A stretch of DNA of 64,000 nucleotides from an uncultured virus (IMG/VR IMGVR_UViG_3300000313_000091) (Duplodnaviria; Heunggongvirae; Uroviricota; Caudoviricetes). Below the pieces are notes generated by a model that saw nothing but the letters and a program-made list of their open reading frames with translations, was not told the DNA's origin and ran no database searches. Positions 51,130 to 60,414 of the stretch are shown here, in pieces. Both the position numbers and the translations under genes were made by a program. The stretch's first letter is position 1. Every line of letters starts with the position of its first letter. The stretch lies in IMG/VR virus record IMGVR_UViG_3300000313_000091, one strand, 5' to 3'.

Positions 51130-51800
51130 TACTTGAATGAGAGGTCAAGATATTTCTCTTTGCCTTTCTTATATACTTCACTGTCACGGGTGATCATTTT
51201 TTTGAATACTTTGAAATTCTTCTTACTTATCGCATAGATGAAATCCTGCTTTGAATAATTCGGATTAATGGCTTGGGCGATATCCATATACCAGGCTCTT
51301 GATCTGTCCCAATCAAAAAAATCAATTGATTGCTCGAATTGGTTTTGGGTGGTTGCAGCCGTTGTTTTTAAATCGCCTCCAAAAGTCCCGATCCACCAAT
51401 CCCATTTACAACGTGTATCCAGTTCATAGTTAAAGCAAGCATATTCAAATTGTTGTTTTTCTTTTACCATGAACTTTTGCGTTTCTGAATTTGCCAAGAC
51501 ATATTTCAAGAAAACGTCTTTTTTAGCTTCATGGTAAAGTGCCTTGCGAAGCTCTTGAGCCCATTCAAATTCTTCTTGGGTGTATTGTTCTTCATCAACG
51601 GTATATCTATAGAAATTCACCTTAGTAGGTTCTGTAATGATGCCGTCAACCAATGTTCCCCGCCTGAATGCTTCTATGCGATCTTTTTCTTTGATAAAAT
51701 TGAGTGATGGGTAAAGTTGATATTTAAAAGAGGTCAACGTTGAATTGCTGACCTCTTTTCGAAGATAGTATTCATCACTTGGAAGCTTTGACATCATCAA
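51114..51800 (-). CDS. PD-(D/E)xK exonuclease (RecE-like)
   Basis: GTLVD..TEP, RCKWD, GDLKT; in an operon with RecT. Confidence 0.7.
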   Translation of the reverse strand: MMMSKLPSDEYYLRKEVSNSTLTSFKYQLYPSLNFIKEKDRIEAFRRGTLVDGIITEPTKVNFYRYTVDEEQYTQEEFEWAQELRKALYHEAKKDVFLKYVLANSETQKFMVKEKQQFEYACFNYELDTRCKWDWWIGTFGGDLKTTAATTQNQFEQSIDFFDWDRSRAWYMDIAQAINPNYSKQDFIYAISKKNFKVFKKMITRDSEVYKKGKEKYLDLSFKYWCYV

Positions 51801-52938
51801 CGTATTTTATATAAGGTGATTCAATAATATGATCATTTTTGTTTGCCTCTTTTTCACAAGCAATAATCATAAAGCCAAGTTTCTTATATAACTTGTCAAT
51901 ATCCATTGCTGCACCTTCCGATGCCCACCACATTTGTATAATGTTCATGAATCCCTGTCGATCAGTAATCTCTATTTTCTTTGTTACTTTCGCTTTGATA
52001 GGAGCGGATATTTGCTGCGCAAATAGATTCTCGACGTTTGCAGTATTCTTTGCCAATGCAGTGGCTTGTTTTTCTTTTTCTTCATGGGCCTTTCGTTCCG
52101 CTTCTTTTCTAGCTGCATTCTCGGCATCTTTTTTTGCTAGTTCTTCTGCTGCTTCCTTGGCCGCTTCGGCATCAGTCTTTTTCTGTTCTTCGATTCTTTG
52201 AAGTTCAATTATTTTTGAAGGGAACTTTTGAAGTATTTCATCCACAGTACCGGCAATATCAAAATTAAATTGATTTTCAATTCCTCTGATTGTTTCGGAA
52301 TAGGCCTTATTTCCAACTTCCTTATACTCTTCTTGAGAAAGGATGTCAGGCTTTGGTGGAGCTTTAAAGCATGTCCTATCAAAAACTAATGAAGTTCCTT
52401 GAATTTTCATTTTTACCTCTTCTGCATTATTTAGAGTGACGGATGAAAAGAGCGTCTGAATGGTCTTAATCGTTTCTTCTATGGCTCTGTTTCCTGCTTG
52501 CTTTAAAGTTTCTATCGTGTCATTGCGAAGATTTTCTTTTGTCTGAGATATTAGAAGTTTCCTTTCTGCTTCTTTTCTGGCTTTCTCGGCTTCTTCCAAT
52601 TTCTTTTTGGCATAATCATCACGCATTTTTTGGAGTTCTTCGATTGATCCCCCTTTCAGATAGTTTTCCAAAGAAGTAAAGCCAGCACGAATCTTATCAA
52701 AAATTTGTGTCACAGGTTTACGCCTTTCGTTCATCGTCTTTATCGTTGTGTTTGTTTTGGCAAGGAACTTTCTTATTTCTTCGTCCAATTCATCATTCAT
52801 GCCGGATTTAGCTTTCTCAAGAAGTCTGTTGCCATAAGCCATGCAGTTTTTAGCACTTGTTTGGTTTCCAGCAATAGCATTCATTGTGAGTTCTTTTATC
52901 TCACTTATTCCTTCGACTTTTATCAATTCATTTTCCAT
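51775..52938 (-). CDS. Coiled-coil phage recombination-module protein
   Basis: 387 aa K/E/A-rich, between RecT and exonuclease. Confidence 0.6.
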   Translation of the reverse strand: MENELIKVEGISEIKELTMNAIAGNQTSAKNCMAYGNRLLEKAKSGMNDELDEEIRKFLAKTNTTIKTMNERRKPVTQIFDKIRAGFTSLENYLKGGSIEELQKMRDDYAKKKLEEAEKARKEAERKLLISQTKENLRNDTIETLKQAGNRAIEETIKTIQTLFSSVTLNNAEEVKMKIQGTSLVFDRTCFKAPPKPDILSQEEYKEVGNKAYSETIRGIENQFNFDIAGTVDEILQKFPSKIIELQRIEEQKKTDAEAAKEAAEELAKKDAENAARKEAERKAHEEKEKQATALAKNTANVENLFAQQISAPIKAKVTKKIEITDRQGFMNIIQMWWASEGAAMDIDKLYKKLGFMIIACEKEANKNDHIIESPYIKYVDDVKASK

Positions 52939-52949
52939 AGCCTCATAAT

Positions 52950-53855
52950 TTAAAAGGGTTCATCTTCCTTTAATTCTATATGTGCACCAGTTGTCTTGAC
53001 TTCTCCAAACGGTACATCTTCATCTTTTTTTTCTTCTCTAGGTTGGTTGTCTTCATCCGCTTGCATAACAGCACCGTCTCCAATGGCTATTCGTGGAAAG
53101 TTTTTGAAGGCATGCTTTATTACCTTAGCACATAAGAAACCGGTATCAATATCCGATCCGTCAGAACTATGACCATATAGCGCGTTAGCTAATCCATCGA
53201 CTCTCGTCCCGTGTTCCCAATGTCCATTGTTTTTCTTGGAATAGCCAATCAAGCGTTGGATATCTTCGAGCACCATTACTTTATAATCGGATGAACCGTC
53301 CGGTCGTACAAGCTTAATGAATGCACCTATTATTTTTGCATTTGCGGGACGGGGATATTTCATCATATACCGTACGATTGTTTTATCATTTTCCTCTCCG
53401 AAGCTGAATTCATCACAATTATATACGATCTTCGGGTTGTCCGCATATTTTATCTGGCCAGCACGTTGTCTTATTAGGAGCTCGCCGTAACCTGATATTT
53501 TTAGTACGGCCATCTTTTCATAGATGGCTTGATCTTTCCCGTCTTTTACTGGCTTTGTGCCAACCTTTACACTAGAAGCTTCAACATAGGCTTGCGTGGA
53601 GCTGTTTTTCTCAATGCTTATCCCATTAACTGCAATAGATATAAAAGCATTGAATAAAGACATATTAGAGCACTTTTTCAACTCTTCGGATGATCTTACT
53701 ATCTGATTGAAAAGTTGAGCTTGTTCGTTATAAAAAGATTCTGCCCCATCGTTACCGAATTTGGAGCCGTAAATGATTAGGAACTTTTCTTTTGTCTTGT
53801 CCAGTGTTGCCACTTCTTCGGGTTTCACTCCATTTAAAAAATCGAATATGTCCAT
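52950..53855 (-). CDS. recT: RecT-family single-strand annealing protein
   Basis: LKISGYGEL..RAGQIKYADNPKIVY..AKVIKHAFK. Confidence 0.8.
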   Translation of the reverse strand: MDIFDFLNGVKPEEVATLDKTKEKFLIIYGSKFGNDGAESFYNEQAQLFNQIVRSSEELKKCSNMSLFNAFISIAVNGISIEKNSSTQAYVEASSVKVGTKPVKDGKDQAIYEKMAVLKISGYGELLIRQRAGQIKYADNPKIVYNCDEFSFGEENDKTIVRYMMKYPRPANAKIIGAFIKLVRPDGSSDYKVMVLEDIQRLIGYSKKNNGHWEHGTRVDGLANALYGHSSDGSDIDTGFLCAKVIKHAFKNFPRIAIGDGAVMQADEDNQPREEKKDEDVPFGEVKTTGAHIELKEDEPF

Positions 53856-53857
53856 GA

Positions 53858-54064
53858 TTATTGTTTTTTGTATGATTCCATTATGATTTCAACTGCTGAA
53901 AGATGTCTTTTCATTTGTTCATTTTCCTTTTTATAAGTGTCATTCCAATATTTCAAAGAAGAGTTTTCACCGATCAGTTTCTTATTGGATTCAGATAATT
54001 TCTGATTCTCATTTTTCAGTTCTTCGATAATGTCGGATTTTCCTTCTTTTAATTCAGATTCCAT
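53858..54064 (-). CDS. Hypothetical coiled-coil protein
   Basis: Coupled ORF. Confidence 0.5.
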   Translation of the reverse strand: MESELKEGKSDIIEELKNENQKLSESNKKLIGENSSLKYWNDTYKKENEQMKRHLSAVEIIMESYKKQ

Positions 54065-54279
54065 TTCTTTTCCTCCTGTTCTTTTAATTCTTTAGTTATT
54101 TTCTTGAGCTCTTCCTCGGATATGATATTTATATTTTCTATGGATAAAGCACATCTACATCGTTTCTTAATGTCAGATTCTATTTCATTGATATTTATTA
54201 TCCCGCCCTTGGCTTCTACCAAGGCAATTCCTTTTTTCCCCTTTTCACCAGAAAAGGAAACGATCATATATCTATTCAT
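54049..54279 (-). CDS. Hypothetical protein
   Basis: Coupled ORF. Confidence 0.5.
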   Translation of the reverse strand: MNRYMIVSFSGEKGKKGIALVEAKGGIININEIESDIKKRCRCALSIENINIISEEELKKITKELKEQEEKKWNLN

Positions 54280-54679
54280 GTAAATAAGATTTTATTTCTT
54301 TTATAAATTCGTATATGGAGTGACAGATAACATATTTACTGCCGTTCTTTTCAGCTTCTTCTTGCCATTCCTTTTGTGCTGGCGACTGTTTACCTTGTGG
54401 GGTTTTCATTTCGATACAAAGTCCGCCGTAATGCTTATTCCCCTTTAATAAGATAAGGTCTGCAACTCCAGATGTAACGCCTTCATCTTTTAAGTTTTTG
54501 GCTGTTATTTTATCACGCCAACTTCCGTTAGGAATAGCAAAAAGTACTTTTGATAGGTAAGGGTATTGGTAACGAAACCAATTAACACAAGAAACTTGGA
54601 TATTATGTTCTCCATTACCGTGACTTCTTTTTTGTTTGGGAAGCTGCTTCATCATTTCGTCAAAAATCATCTCTCTCAA
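54272..54679 (-). CDS. VRR-NUC domain nuclease
   Basis: EHNIQ..IPNG..GVADL..IEMKT..QSPAQKEW. Confidence 0.85.
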   Translation of the reverse strand: MREMIFDEMMKQLPKQKRSHGNGEHNIQVSCVNWFRYQYPYLSKVLFAIPNGSWRDKITAKNLKDEGVTSGVADLILLKGNKHYGGLCIEMKTPQGKQSPAQKEWQEEAEKNGSKYVICHSIYEFIKEIKSYLHE

Positions 54680-54682
54680 TTC

Positions 54683-54976
54683 TTATAGTTTAAAGTATCT
54701 GTTGGCCGCCCTTTCATCGTGCGACTTTATAATGTTTATTAATCTTGTTTGTTTCTGTCTAAAAGATAAATCATCATCAAAATGACTATGACAGTCTCGG
54801 CACCCAGCAATAATATTCCATCTTTCAGTATAATATTCAGGATATTCACTCCTAGGGAGCATATGCATCAGATCACTTGCCGGTTTTCCACATATTTCAC
54901 AGAACCGCGGAAGTTCTTTTCTTATTTTATCAAGCTCTCTATTTTTAGCAGCTTGTTTCTTACTCACTTTTTTCAT
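54683..54976 (-). CDS. HNH/NinG-like zinc-binding nuclease
   Basis: CEICG..MHML..N..CRDCH; start revised. Confidence 0.65.
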   Translation of the reverse strand: MKKVSKKQAAKNRELDKIRKELPRFCEICGKPASDLMHMLPRSEYPEYYTERWNIIAGCRDCHSHFDDDLSFRQKQTRLINIIKSHDERAANRYFKL

Positions 54977-55039
54977 AATAAAAAAGCCCGTCACCCTTTC
55001 GGGAAACGGACTAAAAATCAAATTATATGGCTAACTAAT

Positions 55040-55801
55040 TCAGGCCGCGATTTTAGAATTGTAGATCCTTAATATGAATTCTTTTCCTTTTTCAGTCCAA
55101 TACATATTCTGGCGTGTTTTTATTTCACCATTAGTGGCTGTGTATGGATAAGGTTTATGTTCAGTATATCCTTTATCCCTATATTGTGAGTATAGGTAAT
55201 AAGTTCCACTTTGTTTATATTGTATATTCCATTGGCACAATAATTTATTGAGTTTGATATGTGATATTCCAAGGAATGCCGCAATCATATTTACGGTCAA
55301 TAGCCCTTTACTAGATAAAACCTTGTCGCAATATTCAACTTTTGGAGCGGATATCGTTAACTGTTTGGCTTGTTCTTCATTCTGTAGTGCCAAGCGTGCC
55401 TTTTCCGCTCGTTCCTCTTTTAATTTAGTAGCAAGGCTTATGACGAGATCGGGATTTGATACTACTTCCTCTATCGTTTCAGGTGTCATATAGGCTCCAT
55501 GTTTACGGATAGATGGAAGAACATCACTCGTTACCCATTTGCGAAAAGGCTTTGCATTTTCAGATTGAGATTTCAATATAAGTTGATACAGTCCCGATTC
55601 ATTGACATATTTAAATACGCTATTTTTAGGGGTACACACAATTTGTGTATCTTCTTCATCAACACATCTAAGTGCTGTATATCCATCTCGGTAGCCTAAT
55701 ATTTTTGCTAAATCTGTTCCATTAAATAGTGGTTGCTCGCATGTTCCAGTTACTCTTACTTCACCGAAAGTGGCATTACTAAATATTTGTATATTATTCA
55801 T
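55040..55801 (-). CDS. Antirepressor (Bro-N plus KilAC)
   Basis: FGEVR, NESGLYQLI, WVTSDVLPSIRKHGAY, APKVEY, WTEKG. Confidence 0.9.
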   Translation of the reverse strand: MNNIQIFSNATFGEVRVTGTCEQPLFNGTDLAKILGYRDGYTALRCVDEEDTQIVCTPKNSVFKYVNESGLYQLILKSQSENAKPFRKWVTSDVLPSIRKHGAYMTPETIEEVVSNPDLVISLATKLKEERAEKARLALQNEEQAKQLTISAPKVEYCDKVLSSKGLLTVNMIAAFLGISHIKLNKLLCQWNIQYKQSGTYYLYSQYRDKGYTEHKPYPYTATNGEIKTRQNMYWTEKGKEFILRIYNSKIAA

Positions 55802-55876
55802 TTCTCTTAAATAATAAAGGGCAAAATAAAGAATGCCTATGGATTGCACTCTGAATCCAATGCCCTATAAATATCC

Positions 55877-56614
55877 TTATTGCTCGATAATAACGATGTC
55901 AGGACAAACTAAGTTGATCCTTTGCAAAACAGAATTAATCATGTCGTCGCGTTCTTCTTGAATAATGTCATTTGCTTCAGGCGACACAAGTGTACAGGTA
56001 AAATCATCCGGATTAACATAAACCTCACATTCTACTTTCTGTTTTTCTTGCCCTTTAAAAATAGGAATGATCAGTGAAAACGCCTCCGGCAAGTTACTTT
56101 CTACAATCTGATTAACTAGAATTTTTCTATTGCCACGCGTATCATCTGAGTGTTCAAGATCTTTGTCCACTTTTGCCTTGAAATTACGAAGCTGTGTAAC
56201 AAGATTCATTGCAATTTGACGATTTTCAAAGAAAGTTCTATTCATCTTAATTAGCTCTGCCATTTCAAAGCTGGTAATATATTCTCCGCCATTAATGCCG
56301 AATTTCTTGTACTCCTCTGATTCTTCAAGTTTACCGGTAATAGTACTACCATATGCATTGTTTTCATCACATTTAAGCATAATCATAAGTTGTTCACGAT
56401 TCACAATAATATGGCCCGATTTTTGATTAATCATATTAATTCTATTACGTGTTTCAAGCCACCGTGCTGGAGCATCAATAGTCCCACAAATGTTAACTTG
56501 CAAAGGTTCTTTAAGATCCAATGCTTTACCTTCTCTAAATGTAAATTCTGCACATCCTGATAGAAAACTTTCTGCTATATGTTCCGAAATTTCTTTTTTT
56601 ACTTCTTTTTCCAT
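55877..56614 (-). CDS. Hypothetical early phage protein
   Basis: 245-aa ORF in the early operon. Confidence 0.65.
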   Translation of the reverse strand: MEKEVKKEISEHIAESFLSGCAEFTFREGKALDLKEPLQVNICGTIDAPARWLETRNRINMINQKSGHIIVNREQLMIMLKCDENNAYGSTITGKLEESEEYKKFGINGGEYITSFEMAELIKMNRTFFENRQIAMNLVTQLRNFKAKVDKDLEHSDDTRGNRKILVNQIVESNLPEAFSLIIPIFKGQEKQKVECEVYVNPDDFTCTLVSPEANDIIQEERDDMINSVLQRINLVCPDIVIIEQ

Positions 56615-56646
56615 GATTATATTTATTATGTTAGTTGATAATTACG

Positions 56647-57084
56647 TTAGTTAGTCCCCGTTGCTTGCAAGGCATTGCGTCTTAATTCACCTTGTATCGT
56701 GCCTTGCATCTCTTTTGGGGATGATTTTCGTAGATAAACGAGTTTACCCTCATTGTTATAATAACCGGTTTCTCCGTTCTCGGTGAATTTGAAACAAGCT
56801 TCTGTAACGAGCTCTGCTTTGGCTTTCATTTGTTGTATCAATTCATCCATTTCTTTTTCGAGGCTTTTTAATTGCTCTGAATATCCTTTCATAGCTTCCT
56901 TTTTCTCCTCGGTTACATCATGAACTTTTATAGCCATTCCGGCTAATTGTTCTTTTACATCTTCCATTTTGGCGAGTGAGAATTCTTTTGAGTAAGTTAA
57001 ACTCTCGACAGCATCGCAATTGTCTTTCAAAAAGTTTGTACGTTCCAATCCGGAAGTATACTCATGTCCTAATGTTTTATTCAT
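56647..57084 (-). CDS. Hypothetical early phage protein
   Basis: 145-aa ORF. Confidence 0.65.
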   Translation of the reverse strand: MNKTLGHEYTSGLERTNFLKDNCDAVESLTYSKEFSLAKMEDVKEQLAGMAIKVHDVTEEKKEAMKGYSEQLKSLEKEMDELIQQMKAKAELVTEACFKFTENGETGYYNNEGKLVYLRKSSPKEMQGTIQGELRRNALQATGTN

Positions 57085-57116
57085 TTCGTTTATATTTTAA
57101 TTAAATAGTTACTTGC

Positions 57117-57332
57117 TTATATTTTTGTAATATCATTGTCTGATGCGACACCTCTTAAGACATTTCCATCAACCATAATCCGATATACTTTTCCAAATCC
57201 ATCCTCTAAGGAGAAAGAGGCATATACTTTTTTTATTTGTGCGACTTTACCAACCATATTAGGTTGTAGATCGTTTGAGGTGATTTTTACTCTATCACCT
57301 ACACATAATTCTTTACCTGTTTCTACTGCCAT
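57117..57332 (-). CDS. Small SH3/KOW-like protein
   Basis: VGDRVKI pattern. Confidence 0.5.
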   Translation of the reverse strand: MAVETGKELCVGDRVKITSNDLQPNMVGKVAQIKKVYASFSLEDGFGKVYRIMVDGNVLRGVASDNDITKI

Positions 57333-57490
57333 TATTTTATATTTAAATGATTAATACTCAAATAAAAATGGAGCTCGGATGATTCCAAGCTCCATGCAAG
57401 AAGAAAATTTACCTAATGCCTTATGCAATTCATTCCATGGTGAGTATCAAACCCATACCCCAATCTGCTTGCATATTTTTCATATGATTG

Positions 57491-57650
57491 TGGGCAAAGC
57501 GGGGTTCGAACCCGCAGAAGTATCGTCGACGTTATGTTTTCGCAAAGCTACTCGCATTAATAGCCGCACCGGTCTTCATGATATTCAAGTTATGTACAAC
57601 TCACTTGAATTAATTCATTGAGCCTGTTTTTCCGTAATGCTCATTTGCCC
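57491..57650 (-). ncRNA. tRNA-like RNA with expanded arms (~160 nt)
   Basis: GGGCAAA/TTTGCCC acceptor, GAGC..GCTC D arm, GCGGG-TTCGAAC-CCCGC T arm. Confidence 0.55.
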
Positions 57651-57877
57651 GTTTGCCCGCCAAGAGGCGACGGGCTTAACCTTTTACCAAATAACTTCTT
57701 GCGATGTAGAACCAAGTAGGAGACTTTCGCTACACTTGTCTTTTTATTCAAAAACGAATAAATCTTTGTATGAAGACATAAATTTTAATAAAGCGTCTTC
57801 ATTTTTCTTTAGTGCGAAGTTTTTAGTTTCCCTTTACATCCCTTTTTTTGTTATGTATTAATTCATGGATTGCCACG

Positions 57878-58171
57878 TCAGCTGTTTACTTGACTAGGAT
57901 CTACTGTTCCAACTGCTATATCCGATGGACTTGGCTCACTAGATAGGGGAGGCGTAGGCTCATTTTGTGTATCAGTATTGGATGGAGTTGCATCTATTTT
58001 TCCACTTATCGAACCGTCTGTCTCTTCGATAGACTTGTTTGGATCCATCGCTACTTCATTCCTACTACAGAATTTGTAGTAAACATTAGCTAGACTAATG
58101 ATACTTTCATTTGGTTTTGCTTGTGTTGCTGCCAAATACAAACATTTTAATCTTAACTTTTTACCGAACAT
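57878..58171 (-). CDS. Hypothetical protein
   Basis: 97-aa ORF. Confidence 0.5.
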   Translation of the reverse strand: MFGKKLRLKCLYLAATQAKPNESIISLANVYYKFCSRNEVAMDPNKSIEETDGSISGKIDATPSNTDTQNEPTPPLSSEPSPSDIAVGTVDPSQVNS

Positions 58172-58233
58172 CTTTGTAATTTATATTGTTTCTCGGACTA
58201 TGCCGAGCCATTTTTTATTATAACTCACCAACT

Positions 58234-58282
58234 TTGTCGGATATGAGGATTCGAACCTCGCAAATAGTAACCATTTATCCGA
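58234..58282 (-). ncRNA. Minimal tRNA-like element (~49 nt)
   Basis: TCGGATA/TATCCGA acceptor, GAGG-TTCGAAT-CCTC T arm, single short hairpin between. Confidence 0.5.
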
Positions 58283-58499
58283 TCGCACATTTTACATCTG
58301 TGCCAAGATGTGTATTGTATTTATCCTCGTTGCAAATCTTCGCTCTTTATACATTCCTGCATACATCATCGCCGATTCTTGCTACTCCGATTATTTTTCG
58401 CTTTCTCTATAATGAGACTACGCGCCGATTTATAGGGGTGGTCTATAACCTATCGGATTAATCCCTATATTGTTCGTGTAAAGAATATTCTCTACGTCC

Positions 58500-58682
58500 T
58501 TACACGATCCTTTTACTATTAAGATATTTGTAAACTGATTCTTCGTTATAGATAATGTTATGTTTGCTTATCATATAGAAAGAGAAATAAGCTGCATCTC
58601 TTAATTTTTTAAGTGTGGAGGGACAAATGTTAAGAAGCTCGCAAACTTGTTCTCCTGTCATTGTTCTAATCTCTTTTTTCAT
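58500..58682 (-). CDS. Excisionase-like HTH_17 protein
   Basis: MTGEQVCELLNICPSTLKKLRD; start revised. Confidence 0.7.
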   Translation of the reverse strand: MKKEIRTMTGEQVCELLNICPSTLKKLRDAAYFSFYMISKHNIIYNEESVYKYLNSKRIV

Positions 58683-58836
58683 TTTGTGAATCGAATTATA
58701 AGGGTTGAACCTGATACAATAGTAATTATAAGGGCCACTAAACATTCTTTCATTGTTGCCGTATCGCTTTCGGCTACTATCAAGCTCCATAAAAGAGCAA
58801 TAAAACATGACATGATTATGATTATATTTTTCATCT

Positions 58837-59052
58837 TTAGAAGTTTTTTATGATTATCATTTCTTTTCTATATCCATCTTTATGTATGGAATACATTGGT
58901 CTTGTGGCTCCATTTCTTTTTGCCTCTTTATTAATCCGGCAAGCAATGGCGCGATAAACAGCTTCGTTGACATTTTCTGTCAATTTTATAGTTGAAGGCT
59001 TATTTGTTTTTGCCCTCATTATTTTCTTTTTTATCGTTATTTCTTTATCCAT
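58837..59052 (-). CDS. Cro-position small basic protein
   Basis: First gene of the early leftward operon behind an operator-flanked promoter. Confidence 0.5.
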   Translation of the reverse strand: MDKEITIKKKIMRAKTNKPSTIKLTENVNEAVYRAIACRINKEAKRNGATRPMYSIHKDGYRKEMIIIKNF

Positions 59053-59111
59053 CTTCTGAAATATTTATTACTTTTGTGCGTTCATATGTTAATTAGCTTA
59101 TGAACGTGATG

Positions 59112-59166
59112 CAAAGTTAGTACATATTTCTGTATTAAAAAATAAATAGTACAGAATAATGTACTA
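59112..59166 (-). promoter_or_regulatory. Early leftward promoter with two putative CI operators
   Basis: TAACTTTG on minus strand (59112-59119); 20-bp quasi-palindromes at 59118-59137 and 59147-59166. Confidence 0.65.
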
Positions 59167-59264
59167 TTTATTTTAATTTAGAATTATTCTAAATAATGAA
59201 ATTGGTAACTCCCGATAAATAAAGGGGGTGATTGTCCATTGAAATCTTGTACAAATAGCGTAAT

Positions 59265-59612
59265 ATGAGAAGAAAAATAACAGAAGAAGAGTTTGAATTT
59301 TTAGACCAAGCATTAAGGTGCCGTAAGATGTTTAGAAATGATATACTACAATATCCAAGTGAATTAGTTAACAGATTAGTTGGAGATGGAATGATAAAAT
59401 TAGGTAAGAGCGGAATTGAAATCGAAGCTGAAATAACAGAGGATGGGATAGGTAGTAGATCTGATTATCTCAATCCTCCTATAAAAGAAGTTCATAAAGA
59501 AGAAAAAATAGGCAATAAGGTAATAAACAGTTTATGGTTCAAAATTTTATTGCCTATTTTAGGATTAATAATTGCGCTGCTCGAATTGGCTTTGCAATGG
59601 GGGAAAAAATAA
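59265..59612 (+). CDS. Hypothetical protein with C-terminal TM
   Basis: 115 aa, hydrophobic C-terminus. Confidence 0.55.
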   Translation: MRRKITEEEFEFLDQALRCRKMFRNDILQYPSELVNRLVGDGMIKLGKSGIEIEAEITEDGIGSRSDYLNPPIKEVHKEEKIGNKVINSLWFKILLPILGLIIALLELALQWGKK

Positions 59613-59614
59613 AA

Positions 59615-59713
59615 TTACTTCATGCCGATTAAAATTGTGATAGCTATTTTCCAAAGCCAATCAATGATTGGAAGATATTGATCACATAATTCGTCTAACT
59701 TTTTTTTATCCAT
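59615..59713 (-). CDS. Small hydrophobic peptide (32 aa)
   Basis: MDKKKLDELCDQYLPIIDWLWKIAITILIGMK, read manually. Confidence 0.4.
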   Translation of the reverse strand: MDKKKLDELCDQYLPIIDWLWKIAITILIGMK

Positions 59714-59761
59714 AATTTATTTTTTATGTTTCTTGTCCAAAACTCGTTTTTGACTACATTA

Positions 59762-59857
59762 TCAAAAAAATAATGTAGCTATTGCTTCTACTATTAAGGT
59801 TGTAGTTGCGCTTGCAATAATGGAAGTGATAATACATTCTTTTGTCTCTTTTTTCAT
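59762..59857 (-). CDS. Small hydrophobic peptide (31 aa)
   Basis: MKKETKECIITSIIASATTTLIVEAIATLFF, read manually. Confidence 0.4.
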   Translation of the reverse strand: MKKETKECIITSIIASATTTLIVEAIATLFF

Positions 59858-60368
59858 TGTTCTTTGATTTATTTGTAAACGGTTTAATTTTTCGCGAAAA
59901 TTTTTGCCAAAAATATTTTTAATTGATTTACTATCTAATAATTAATATTCTTAAGCAAGAGTTTTGAAAGGAAACGGGCAGTAAAAGTTCTTTTAGGTGT
60001 TTTGGGTACCAAAAGAACAAAATACTACATGGTGATATGCTCTTAAGCAATGGCTCGTCAGAGGTTTCCGTATGCAGGTAGGCATCAAATAAGTTATCCT
60101 ACTCTCAGCTCTTTTCTTCATCTCTTATTCAGATGTATGCGCGTCGCTGATTTAGTTAACGCCCGGATATTAGCATATTTCATCGATCCGGTTTTCAATG
60201 CAGATCGACCATATACTAACCGAAAGCTCCTGCATTGGGGCATTACACTATTGTGCAATAAGAAACCCGTAATAGATAGCAGCTATTACGGGCATATAAT
60301 GAGACATTCCGGATGGATTGTCGTAAATAATCTATGTTCCTGTAACATCTGCTATATGTTACAAGAGA

Positions 60369-60394
60369 CAAAGTTAATACAGAAGTATGTAGTA
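60369..60394 (-). promoter_or_regulatory. Second leftward promoter with putative CI operator
   Basis: TAACTTTG on minus strand (60369-60376) abutting TAATACAGAAGTATGTAGTA (60375-60394). Confidence 0.6.
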
Positions 60395-60414
60395 TAAAAC
60401 AAAAATAAGATAAA

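Noticed and set aside
57435..57460. Third degenerate T-arm-like element
   Set aside because: Loop deviates from TTCGA and no matching acceptor stem found
57379..58461. + strand ORFs 57379-57621, 57637-57861 and 58186-58461
   Set aside because: Antisense to the early operon and overlapping the tRNA-like elements; likely shadow ORFs
60050..60397. 115-aa + strand ORF upstream of cI
   Set aside because: No recognisable protein features; overlaps an operator/promoter and structured region, so probably spurious
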